Made by a program: the position numbers and the translations under genes. Below the pieces are notes generated by a model that did no database searches, was not told the DNA's origin, and saw only the letters and a list, made by a program, of their open reading frames with translations. From an uncultured Phycisphaerales bacterium (GTDB lineage: Bacteria > Planctomycetota > Phycisphaerae > Tepidisphaerales > Tepidisphaeraceae): a stretch of DNA of 64,000 bases. This document shows, piece by piece, positions 22,471 to 31,746 of the stretch. The first letter of the stretch is position 1. Each line of letters opens with the position of its first letter. Location: assembly GCA_963755915.1 (NCBI GenBank), contig CAVWLP010000002.1, positions 1,120,001-1,184,000 of the forward strand, in the 5' to 3' direction.

Positions 22471-23503
22471 ATGTCAGACGCGGCGCGGCGTAAAGAGAAA
22501 AAGAGATTGAAGCGGGAAAAGAAGCGCGGAGCAACGGCGGGAAGTCCTTACAAACGCATTGCACAAATCGGGGCGGTTCATGCGTGCTATATCACGGAGG
22601 GGTGGCAGACGAGCGGCATGGCGTCAATTCATTTCCTGCGCGTCAATCCGCAGGGGGGATTTGCCATGGCGTGCTTTCTGATCGATTTCTGGTGCGCGGG
22701 ACTGAAGGACGCGTGGGGATTGCTGGATATGCATCAGGAGGACGTCGATTGGCACCTGGAGCAGGCGCAGGAGCGTACGGCGATTGAGCGGATCGATCCG
22801 GCGGCCGCACGGCAGCTCGTGGCGGGGGCGATTCGGTATGCCCGCCAAAACGGGTTCCGGCTGCCGGGGCATTACGACCGGTGGGTGAATCTGCTGGGAG
22901 AGGTCCCGGCGCCCGCGACGGCGGATTTGCGGCCTTTTGGCAGGGATGGCCGGCCTATGTGGGTGGGCACACGTGAGGATCTGCAAAGCCGGTTGATCGG
23001 GTGCTCGGTGGAAGATTTTCTCACCCGCGCGGATGCTGATTTCGTAAGTCCGCCGGGGTTTGAAGATTTCGAGGACTTTGATGAAGAAGATGACGAAGAA
23101 ATGGATGAGGACGAAATAGAGGATGCGTGGGCGGAGGCGGAAGAAAAGTATCTGGAGGTTGCGGACGAAATTTACGAGGATTCGCTGGCGTTTTGCGCGG
23201 TGTGGCGAGACACCGTCGCCGGACCTGTACGATGGAGCGAAATTGATTGCGATGTCGATACTGGCGCTTATCGGGAAAGGTGCAACGCTGCCTGATGAGC
23301 CGGATCAGATCATCAATCAGGCCGACATCATGATTGAGGAGATGTATGAGCCTGAGGACTTGGCGCCGTTAAAGGCAGCGGTTCAGCAGATTTTCCGAGT
23401 TATGCCAAACTCGATCGATCAGGCGGAACCGGGATTAAAGCCGGCGGGGGATGAATCACCATCCGGCATCGTCCCCATCCGCGGCGTGCCAGAGATACCA
23501 TGA
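22471..23503 (+). CDS. Hypothetical protein; apparent frameshift near 23198
   Basis: GGAGG RBS; basic N-terminus, FLIDFWCAGLKDAW core, acidic tract; continues in ORF 23123-23503. Confidence 0.75.
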
Positions 23504-24106
23504 AGCGATGGTGCGATAGGGCCGCCATTTATCCGCCAGCTTTATGAACTGTTTTGCCTTGGGCATCCCCTTTAATCCATAAGCCTGTTTCGCCGCGCGC
23601 TGAAGTCCCAGGTCATCGACCGGCAAAACGTCGGGGCGGTTGAGGACGAAGATCAGGAACATCTCCGCTGTCCACCGGCCGATGCCTTTCACTGCGGTTA
23701 ATCTTTTGATGATCTCCTCATCATCGAGGCGCGAGAGGCGATGATTTGGGATGGCATTGCTGAGGAAATGTTGGGAGAGATCGATCAGGTAGGCCTTTTT
23801 CTGGCGCGAGAGGCCGGTTCCTTTGAGTTGGGCGTCGGCGCCGGTAGTGAGAAGATCGAAAACGCGCTGGGGCGTGGGCCGGCGGCGGGGGAAATGTTCG
23901 CGGAACCGCCCGAAGAGAACATTGGCGACGGTGCTGGATATCTGCTGGGAATAAATCGATTTGCAGAGCAGTACGAAGTGGTCGCGGCGGGGGCGCAGGG
24001 TGCAGGGGCCGATCGCGCTGATGATCCGGCGCATGGTAGGATCCTGCTGGAGATGGCGGCGGGCGGCGGCCCAGTCGGGGTCGGTCATATTCGGCCGGGT
24101 TTCCAT
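23456..24106 (-). CDS. alkA: DNA-3-methyladenine glycosylase II family (HhH-GPD)
   Basis: SIYSQQIS, GLSRQK, LTAVKGIGRWTAEMFL, LPVDDLG, WRPYRTIASWYLW. Confidence 0.9.
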   Translation of the reverse strand: METRPNMTDPDWAAARRHLQQDPTMRRIISAIGPCTLRPRRDHFVLLCKSIYSQQISSTVANVLFGRFREHFPRRRPTPQRVFDLLTTGADAQLKGTGLSRQKKAYLIDLSQHFLSNAIPNHRLSRLDDEEIIKRLTAVKGIGRWTAEMFLIFVLNRPDVLPVDDLGLQRAAKQAYGLKGMPKAKQFIKLADKWRPYRTIASWYLWHAADGDDAGW

Positions 24107-24172
24107 TTAATGGACAGGGGCATGGGCAAACCCTTACAATTGCTTATCTGAACGGAACAATAAGGAGCCGGT

Positions 24173-24652
24173 ATGCGCCCCCCGCTGAAATTGAGTTCGA
24201 TCGATCAGGAGCATTTGCAGGAGTTATACAACGAGGCGGGGATCGCGCGGGATGAATTGCCCTATTCCCCGGCGTTTGATTCGATTTGTCAGGGATTTCA
24301 GGACCGTACCTTCAAAAATGCCCATCCCGAGCAGGTTTTCCTTGCGATCACGAAATATGTGCGCAGCGGGACCAACTCCGCCGGGGAGGCCGCGGCGCAT
24401 TTGCTAAACGACGAGCAGGTGAAGCAACTGAAGGGTCTGCTGCCCCGGCATACCAAAGGGGGAAAGCTGATCCCCTACAGCGATGAATTCGAGGCGGTGC
24501 AGAAGGAATTCAATAAACTCGCAGCGATGGAGTTGGCGGCGGGGGATTTCTGGAGGGCGGTGCTGCAATCGCATGGCCCCAAACGGCGTCCGCCGAAGCG
24601 CGCGAAGGTTACAGCGCCGCCGGTTGAAGATGACGACAGCGATATTGAATAG
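24173..24652 (+). CDS. Hypothetical protein with an internally duplicated ~65-aa unit
   Basis: TAAGGAG RBS; DELPYSPAFD and KLIPYSDEFE units. Confidence 0.8.
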   Translation: MRPPLKLSSIDQEHLQELYNEAGIARDELPYSPAFDSICQGFQDRTFKNAHPEQVFLAITKYVRSGTNSAGEAAAHLLNDEQVKQLKGLLPRHTKGGKLIPYSDEFEAVQKEFNKLAAMELAAGDFWRAVLQSHGPKRRPPKRAKVTAPPVEDDDSDIE

Positions 24653-24692
24653 CGTTTTAAGTCTTTCAATTTAAAGCAATTATAATTCGTTC

Positions 24693-24732
24693 TTGACCGT
24701 ATTGGTCTATTTATCTATAGATTAGTAGGAAT
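24693..24732 (+). promoter_or_regulatory. Putative promoter with overlapping Rrf2-type operator
   Basis: TTGACC-17 nt-TATAGA; imperfect palindrome TCTATTTATCTATAGATTAGTAGGA in an AT-rich patch before the reductase. Confidence 0.5.
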
Positions 24733-24743
24733 TTTATCTCCCC

Positions 24744-27009
24744 ATGGCATCGCAGAATTGGAAAGAAAAGCTCGGAAGTCGTGTCCCCGCAGGGTGGGGG
24801 AAGAGATCGACCTGTTTGAGGCGCAGATCGCGCTTCGGAAGCAGGGGAAAATCGAAGACAAGGTTTTCGCCGAGACGCGCCTGCGGCGCGGGGCGTATGG
24901 GCAGCGGTATGACAATGGGCAGCGGCATGATGGGACCAAGACGCAGAAGCTGCCGTACAGCTCGCTGACCAAGGGGCCGGATACGTACTGGGAAGCGCCG
25001 GGGATGCAACGGATCAAGATTCCCTATGGGGGAATGAATCCGGAGCAGATGATCGTTCTGGCGGAGCTGGCGGAAGAATATGCCGACGCCATCTGCCATA
25101 TCACCACCCGGCAGGACATTCAGCTTCATTTTATAAGCATCGACGACACACCGGATATGTTCCGTAGGCTGGCGGCGGTGGGGATCACCACGCGGGAAGC
25201 CTGCGGAAATTCGGTGCGGAATGTGACGGCCTGCCCACTGGCGGGGGTTTGCAATACGGAGGCGTTTGACGTTACGCCTTATGCGAAGGCGCTGGCGTTT
25301 TATCTGCTGGGGCATCGGGACATCCAGGATTTCGGGCGGAAATTCAAAATCGCCCTTTCGGGTTGCGAGGATGAGGCATGCGCCTGGTTTCGCTGCACGA
25401 CCTGGGCGGGATCGCGGCGACGAAAATCATTGCCGGCAAGACGGTGCGCGGGTTCAAGCTTTATGTGGGCGGCGGGCTGGGGGCGGTGCCGCACCAGGCG
25501 AAATTGTTTGACGAATTCGTGCACGAGGAAGAGTTGCTGCCGCTCTCACGGGCGATTGGGCGCGTGTTTGCCCGGCTGGGGGAGAAGAAGAACCGCAACA
25601 AGGCTCGGTTGAAATTCCTGGTGCATAAGCTGGGGATCGACGAATTCCGCCGGCTGGTCATTGAAGAGCGCAAGACGATGCCGGACGATCCGACCTGGCG
25701 GGAGCATTTTGATCAGATTCCGAAATTTGAGGAGAAGCCGGCACTGGCGGCGGTGCAATTAAACGGCGCGCGGCGGCCGGAGGGATACGACCGGTGGGCG
25801 GCGACGAACCTCTATCAGCAGCGGCAGGCGGGGTATTACGTGGTGACCGTTACCTGCCCGCTGGGGGATTTGACGTCCGACCAGATGCGGGCGCTGGCGG
25901 ATATCTCGCGAAGATATGCCGGCGGTAACGCGCGGACGACCGTGGAGCAGAACATCGTTCTGCGATGGATTCCACATAACAAGACGATCGATCTGTACAA
26001 CGAACTGGCTGCGCTCGGCCTCAATGAGCCCGGCGCGGGAACGATCGTGGATGTCGTCGCTTGCCCGGGCACCGATACGTGCAAGCTCGGGATCGCCTCT
26101 TCGCGCGGATTGGCGGGAGAGCTGCGGCATCGGCTGGCAGCCAAGAGCGCGACGATGGATCGGGCGATTCAGAGTTTACGGATCAAAGTTTCGGGCTGCT
26201 TTAACTCTTGCGGGCAGCACCATGCGGCGGACATTGGGTTTTACGGGAACAGCCGGAATATTAATGGGTATACCGTGCCGCATTTCCAGGTGATGCTTGG
26301 GGGGCAGTGGTCGAAGAACGCCGGGAGCTATGCGCTGGCGATGGGATCGGTGCCTTCGCGGCGGGTGCCGGATCTGGTGGATCGATTGACGAGCCGATAT
26401 ATCAGCGAGCGAAATGGGGAGGAATCTTTCCAGGCCTTCTGCCAGCGGATTGGGAAGCAGGCGCTGAAGGGGATCGTGAACGAGTTCACGGCGGTTCCGC
26501 TGCACAAGGACGATCCGTCGTTTTACAGCGACTGGGGCGACCCGCGGGAATTCACGATCGGAGACATGGGCGTCGGCGAGTGTGCCGGCGAGATCGTTTC
26601 TCTGGCCCAGTTTGGATTCACGCAGGCGGAGGGTGAGGCGTTTGACGCCCAACTCCTGCTGGATGCGGGGAATTATCAGCAGGCGGATGAGAAGGCGTAC
26701 CAGGCGATGGTGACGGCAGCCAAGACGCTCGTGCAGCTTCAATGGCTCGACGTGCCGAATGAGGCGAACCTGATCGTGGAGGAGTTCCGCAAGCGCTTCG
26801 TGGAGCCGAAGATTTTCTGGGATACGTACCATCACGGGCAGTTTGCGAATTACCTGCTGAACCGGCACGAATCGCCGGACACGCGGTATACGAAGGAGAC
26901 GGCGCACAAACTGGTGGAAGAGGCGAATTTGTTTATCGACGCGGCGTATAAATGCCAGGCGAAGATTGAGGCGAGTGCCGCGAGCGCGGTTCAAGTTCCC
27001 ACGACCTGA
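24744..27009 (+). CDS. Siroheme nitrite/sulfite reductase with C-terminal extension; two apparent frameshifts (~24800, ~25382)
   Basis: HITTRQDIQLH, TREACGNSVRNVTACP, ACPGTDTCKLG, VSGCFNSCGQHH. Confidence 0.92.
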
Positions 27010-27015
27010 TAAACC

Positions 27016-27585
27016 ATGGAAGTCTATAAGATAGCTGTGAAGATTTTCGCGGCCGCGGACGATTTCGCGCCGGATCAGTTCGTGCCGATTTTTCAGCGGT
27101 GGATCCAGGAGCAATCTGTCGAGGGGCATCGGCTGATTGACGTGGCGGATTATGGGCATGTGGCCGCGGGGCCGGGGACAGTTCTCGTCAGTTCCGAAGC
27201 GAATTTTTACACCGATCGGGGGGAGAATCGGCTGGGGCTTTTGTATTCGCGGAAGCTGCCGATGGCGGGGACGTTTCAGGAGCGGCTGTGCGCGGCGGTG
27301 AGGGATACGCTGAAGGCCGCGGCGAAACTGGAAGCGGAGCCGGGGCTGAAGGGGAAGCTGAAATTCAAAACGGACGAGTTGGTGATTCGGCTGAACGATC
27401 GATTGCTGGCGCCGCCCAACGAGCAGACGGTGGCCGCGGCCAAGGGGGATATTGAGGCGGTGGCGAAGTCGGTGCTGGGGAACGGTGCGACCGTTGAATC
27501 TCGTGTGACGCCGCTGACGATGGTCGAATTTCGGATTCGCTCGAAAGAGAGCCTGCCGATTTCGGGGTTGCTGACGAAGGTTTAA
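27016..27585 (+). CDS. Conserved hypothetical protein downstream of the reductase
   Basis: IFQRWIQE...LIDVADYGHV..GPG; 6 nt after reductase stop. Confidence 0.8.
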   Translation: MEVYKIAVKIFAAADDFAPDQFVPIFQRWIQEQSVEGHRLIDVADYGHVAAGPGTVLVSSEANFYTDRGENRLGLLYSRKLPMAGTFQERLCAAVRDTLKAAAKLEAEPGLKGKLKFKTDELVIRLNDRLLAPPNEQTVAAAKGDIEAVAKSVLGNGATVESRVTPLTMVEFRIRSKESLPISGLLTKV

Positions 27586-28166
27586 TCGGGGGCAAGAGCT
27601 CGCTCCACGAGCTGTCTGGCATCGGGGGAAAGAGGTAGCTTCAGGGCGGCCTCATGGGCGAGGGGGGACATTTTCTTCCAGGTGCGGCGAAGGATGGTGA
27701 TGATTTTTTCCTCGTCGTGCTTGGGGGCAAAATCGGTGAAATAGTTTTCCAGAAAGACCAGGCAGGCGATGTCCTCGAGCATCTGTGTCTGTGGGTCGGT
27801 CTTCAGTTTTTCTTTTTTCAATAGCGAGCGGACGCGGGCGATGGTGGGCTCGTCGTAGCCGACGGAGCGGAGGATTTCAGCCGCGGTATCGGCGTGGAAG
27901 GTGTAGAGGGCGGTTCGCCACTGGTGGTATCCGGCGCGGGTTATGGGATAGGACGATCTGGGGATGGTCCAGCGGCGGATGTGCTGGGTGCGGGCGGCGA
28001 GATGGAGAGTCTCATCGGCATCCGGATAAAGGCGGGTAAGGCAATCGGTCATGCGGCGAGCGTAGAGAAGTTCGGCGGGGTGGCCGTCAGTTTGGTTTGG
28101 ATCCTGGGCGTTGGCCGCGTCGAAGGCGGCGATGGCGGCGGGGAATTTATCGGATCGATCAGGCAT
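27582..28166 (-). CDS. DUF4202 family protein
   Basis: FDAANAQDPN, ELLYARRM, LAARTQHIRRW, QMLEDIACLVFL, TWKKMS. Confidence 0.88.
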   Translation of the reverse strand: MPDRSDKFPAAIAAFDAANAQDPNQTDGHPAELLYARRMTDCLTRLYPDADETLHLAARTQHIRRWTIPRSSYPITRAGYHQWRTALYTFHADTAAEILRSVGYDEPTIARVRSLLKKEKLKTDPQTQMLEDIACLVFLENYFTDFAPKHDEEKIITILRRTWKKMSPLAHEAALKLPLSPDARQLVERALAPD

Positions 28167-28812
28167 CTGCGACTGGATTATAGGTTTGGGATTTGGCTTT
28201 GCGCTCGTGGAGAATGCTGAGGAAGCTAAAGATCGCGCCGAGAGCGCCGCCGACGTATCCGCCGAGGTGGATGCCGTAGACGGCCATGAAGCGGTGGGGA
28301 CGCCAGAGGTCTGCAGCGGCGAGGTTTTGGAAATCGGGGCTTAGGGAGTTGAGGAGAAATTTGGAGCCGGCGAGGCCGAGGATCAGTGAGGCGACGATGG
28401 CGATGACCAGGACGTGCCACAATCTGATGGCGAGGCGAGTATAGGTCAATTGCGGTCCGCGACGGCCGGGGTTGTTGGCGACGAGCATGACGGCGCCGAT
28501 AACGAGGGCGGCCCACCAACTGGCCTCGGCGCCGATGCGGGCGGCCTGTAGGCCCAGGGCTGCGGGGTCGGGCGGGGTTTGGGGGCCGAGGATGGGGCTG
28601 AGTTCTTTGCCGTAGTAGAAATATTCCCAGGAGATTCGGGAAGTGATCTGGTCGTTGAGCATTCCATATGCGCTGGCGACGGCGACGCAGAGGAGGAGGA
28701 AGAGGTATTCGCGCCAGCGGGTGGATTGGGGGCCTTTCTGGAGGTAATCCGCGATCGCGAGGGCGATGAGGATGGCGAGGCAGATGGAGATGCGCAGGGG
28801 GGAGGAGTTCAT
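28159..28812 (-). CDS. Hypothetical membrane protein
   Basis: YGMLNDQITSRISWEYF, FMAVYGIHLGGYVGG; about 5 hydrophobic helices. Confidence 0.78.
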   Translation of the reverse strand: MNSSPLRISICLAILIALAIADYLQKGPQSTRWREYLFLLLCVAVASAYGMLNDQITSRISWEYFYYGKELSPILGPQTPPDPAALGLQAARIGAEASWWAALVIGAVMLVANNPGRRGPQLTYTRLAIRLWHVLVIAIVASLILGLAGSKFLLNSLSPDFQNLAAADLWRPHRFMAVYGIHLGGYVGGALGAIFSFLSILHERKAKSQTYNPVADA

Positions 28813-28821
28813 TCGTAAACT

Positions 28822-29227
28822 CTAGGGCGACCGGAAAACACCATCTTCCATGGGCTTTTTTGCGCATTGCGACTTGGTGGGTCCCGTTGATGTCCAAAGT
28901 TATGACGGTTGCTCTGCCGATCGGCGTTATTCCTGCGACGATAAAATCGTTCCAGGCAAAGTGCTGGTTCCAGTCGTCCTGGCGGGGATTAAACAGTCTA
29001 ACAAGCTGTTTGGTTTGGGGATCGATGCCGGCGATATTTGGACCCTTGCGGCGATTACAGTCGCCGCATGACAGTGCCAAGTTTTCCGGTACGTCGGTAC
29101 CGCCATGTTGCCTGGCGATAATATGATCAATGCTAAATTTAAGTTTGCTCAGGGATTGAGGCAGGCGGCAATACTCGCATCTATCAGAGGTGCGCCGGCG
29201 AACTTCCTGTTCGATCGCCAAGTTCAT
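28822..29227 (-). CDS. Small HNH endonuclease; homopolymer frameshift near 28858 hides the stop at 28822
   Basis: RCEYC, IDHII..HGG, NLALSCGDCNRRKG, LFNPRQDDW, TPIGRAT. Confidence 0.88.
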
Positions 29228-29234
29228 GCGATCT

Positions 29235-29501
29235 TTATGCAGCGGAGTTGTGCTTCTTGAGCGAAGTGTGCGCCTTGGATTGCAAAACCGAAAGAAAGGC
29301 GTTCAGCGTTAAGAAATCGTCGATTTCATGCTCTTCATCTTTGGTCAGCGTGCCTTCCTGAGACTTTGCGGCAAGCTCGTCATAGCGAGCGTGTTCATCC
29401 GGAGTAAAATCAATCGAAAGTAAGTACTGAGCAAGTTCCTCCGAAAACCCGCCTTGCTGAGGGTCCATGATACGCTCAAGGATGTTCGCTCTCGTTGCCA
29501 C
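29235..29501 (-). CDS. Small helical protein upstream of HNH (candidate antitoxin/partner)
   Basis: 88 aa, acidic, RYDELAAKSQEGTLT..E..E; 7 nt from the HNH start; TAGAAT box 6 nt before GTG. Confidence 0.78.
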   Translation of the reverse strand: MATRANILERIMDPQQGGFSEELAQYLLSIDFTPDEHARYDELAAKSQEGTLTKDEEHEIDDFLTLNAFLSVLQSKAHTSLKKHNSAA

Positions 29502-29554
29502 GATTTCATTCTACCATACGGCAAACTCTCGGCCAGATTTACAGCGGGAGAAAT

Positions 29555-29644
29555 TCACGCCATGACAATGTGGTCGCGTTTACAGGTGACGGCGCGGGTT
29601 GCCCCGCGGGTGTCGATGATCAGCCTGGCACGGTGGGCGATCAT
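29555..29644 (-). pseudogene. Orphan diverged copy of the last 30 codons of the nucleotide-sugar dehydrogenase gene
   Basis: 75/90 nt identical to 30121-30210 by hand alignment; MIAHRARLIIDTRGATRAVTCKRDHIVMA* vs MIADHAKLIIDTRGATRTVTGKRDHIVMA*. Confidence 0.92.
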
Positions 29645-29646
29645 CT

Positions 29647-29985
29647 TCAAGTTGTTGCCGGTGTGCCCGTTGAATGGGGGGCTCTGAAGAGGACGAAACA
29701 GCGGCCTCCGTTGTTAACCATGCTGACCTGAAGGATGGTTCCACGGTGGCTGAAAATCACCGGGAAATCGACCAGGCCGTGCTTGCTGTAGAGATCCATA
29801 TTGTCCGTACCGGCGACGGACTGCATGAGGTTCAGGATGTCGTTGGAGGTGAGTTTTGGGATTTCGAGCTTTCGCATGCGGTCTTCGATGCGCAGGACAG
29901 GCGATTGGCCTGCCAGAAGCCATCCCTCGATGGCGTTACTGTTGAGCATCGTTTCGTAGAATCGTTCGATTTGAAAGTCGGGCAT
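29647..29985 (-). CDS. Stand-alone protein resembling the N-terminal domain of PilT-type ATPases
   Basis: LLAGQSPVLRIEDRMRKLEIPKLT...GLVDF...VSM..NGG...LFR parallels PilT N-domain pattern; no Walker A. Confidence 0.6.
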   Translation of the reverse strand: MPDFQIERFYETMLNSNAIEGWLLAGQSPVLRIEDRMRKLEIPKLTSNDILNLMQSVAGTDNMDLYSKHGLVDFPVIFSHRGTILQVSMVNNGGRCFVLFRAPHSTGTPATT

Positions 29986-30060
29986 AGCAATTATGACGCT
30001 TCCAGGACGTGGATCTTCCACAGATCTCGACGCGTTGTCATCACTTTTGATTCTAGCATA

Positions 30061-30101
30061 GGCCCTCACCCCTACCCTCTCCCAGAGTACTGGGCGAGGG
30101 G
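30061..30101. repeat. REP-like palindrome, CCCTCTCCC family
   Basis: GGCCCTCACCCCTACCCTCTCCCAGAGTACTGGGCGAGGGG; compensatory stem change relative to 2539 copy. Confidence 0.85.
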
Positions 30102-30120
30102 GAAGGAGGGGAAATATTTC

Positions 30121-31431
30121 TCATGCCATCACGATGTGGTCGCGTTTGCCGGTGACGGTGCGGGTTGCGCCGCGGGTGTCAATGATCAATTTTGCGTGGT
30201 CGGCGATCATTTGCCAATCGTAGGCGGAGTGGTGGGTGGCGATGATGACGCAATCGTATTTCGCCAGAGATTCTGCGGTGAGCGGAACGCTGCGCATCTG
30301 GAGGTCGTAGTTGCGCATGCGGTGCGTGGCGGGGACGTGGGGGTCGTTGTATTCCACCGTCGCGCCCAGATGGCTTAGCTTTTCGATCAGCTCGAAGCTG
30401 GGGCTTTCGCGGACGTCGTCGATTTCGGGTTTGTAGGCCAGGCCGAGGATGAGAATGTTGGCGCCTTTGACGGATTTGCCGCGGTCGTTGAGGGCGAGGG
30501 TGGTGCGCTGGACGACGTAGTCGGGCATCTGGTGGTTTATTTCGCCGGCGAGCTCGATGAAGCGGGTGGGCATGCCGACTTCGTAGGCTTTCCAGGTGAG
30601 GTAGAAGGGGTCGATGGGGATGCAGTGGCCGCCGAGGCCGGGGCCGGGGTAGAAGGGCTGGAAGCCGAAGGGCTTGGTGCTGGCGGCGGCGATGACCTGC
30701 CAGATGTCGATGTTCATGGCGGTCAGGACCATCTTCATTTCGTTGACGAGTGCGATGTTGACGGCGCGGTAGATGTTTTCCAGGAGCTTGGCGGCTTCGG
30801 CGACTTCTGCGGAGGCTACCGATATGACGTGTTTGATTGCGTGCTGGTAGAGGGAAACGGCGAGATCGCAGGAGATTTCGTCGATACCGCCGACGAGCTT
30901 GGGGATGGTCTGGGTGGTGGTGTCTTTGCGGCCGGGGTCTTCGCGTTCGGGGGAGAAGGCGAGGAAAAAGTCGGAGCCGCAGTGGAGGCCGCGGGATTCG
31001 AGCTTGGGGAGGACGATCTGGCGGGTGGTGCCGGGATAGGTGGTGGATTCGAGGACGACGAGTTGGCCGGGGCGGAGGCGGCGGGCGATTTCGTCGGCGG
31101 TTTGTTCGATGTAGGTCAGGTCGGGCTCGCGATGGCTGCCGAGGGGCGTGGGGACGCAGATGATGATGGCATCGGCTTCGGGAAGGCGGGAGAACTCGAC
31201 GGTGGCGTCGAATCTGCCGGCGAGTTTCATTTCGCGAACTAAGCCTTCGCCGAGGTGCTTGAGGTAGTTTTCGCCGCGCTTGAGGGCGTCGATCTTGGCG
31301 GGGTCGATGTCGAAGCCGATGACGTGGAATCCGGCGCGGTGGAAGGCGGAGAGGAGGGGGAGTCCGACGTAGCCGAGTCCGATGATGCCGACGCGGGCGG
31401 ATTTGGTGGAGATTTTATCGGAGAGGTTCAT
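30121..31431 (-). CDS. Nucleotide-sugar dehydrogenase (WbpA/WecC-like UDP-HexNAc dehydrogenase)
   Basis: GLGYVGLP, ICVPTP, LESTTYPGTT, FSPEREDPG, GPGLGGHCIPIDP, GLAYKPEIDDVRESP. Confidence 0.93.
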   Translation of the reverse strand: MNLSDKISTKSARVGIIGLGYVGLPLLSAFHRAGFHVIGFDIDPAKIDALKRGENYLKHLGEGLVREMKLAGRFDATVEFSRLPEADAIIICVPTPLGSHREPDLTYIEQTADEIARRLRPGQLVVLESTTYPGTTRQIVLPKLESRGLHCGSDFFLAFSPEREDPGRKDTTTQTIPKLVGGIDEISCDLAVSLYQHAIKHVISVASAEVAEAAKLLENIYRAVNIALVNEMKMVLTAMNIDIWQVIAAASTKPFGFQPFYPGPGLGGHCIPIDPFYLTWKAYEVGMPTRFIELAGEINHQMPDYVVQRTTLALNDRGKSVKGANILILGLAYKPEIDDVRESPSFELIEKLSHLGATVEYNDPHVPATHRMRNYDLQMRSVPLTAESLAKYDCVIIATHHSAYDWQMIADHAKLIIDTRGATRTVTGKRDHIVMA

Positions 31432-31498
31432 GGGGGATGTGGGTGGGGAATTATAATGGCTCGTGTTTCTCGGGCATAGGAAGGCGCCTCGCAGAACG

Positions 31499-31523
31499 CG
31501 CCCCGCAAGCGGGGCCGCTAAAC
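31499..31523. repeat. GTAG/TTAG-tagged REP-like hairpin
   Basis: Minus strand GTTTAGCGGCCCCGC-TT-GCGGGGCG. Confidence 0.7.
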
Positions 31524-31746
31524 TTGGGGATGGGAGCATGATCCGGGGATCCGCGATACTGTTTGGACAGGCGGGAGGGTGTGTTGCGGAGGGGGATGTC
31601 CGAAAATGTCCGAAAGTGCCCGGGATTCGTGCGCGGTTATTTTTCTTCCCTGGGCTGGGTTTGATGATTTGGGCAAGGTCGCAGGAGAAAATGGATCGGG
31701 GATGAGGTGCATCTATATATAGGTCCAAAAGGTGTACGTTTTGTAC

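Noticed and set aside
28226-29227. 333-aa HNH fusion protein in the ORF track
   Set aside because: An extra A in a homopolymer near 28858 bypasses the stop at 28822; the extension overlaps another gene out of frame
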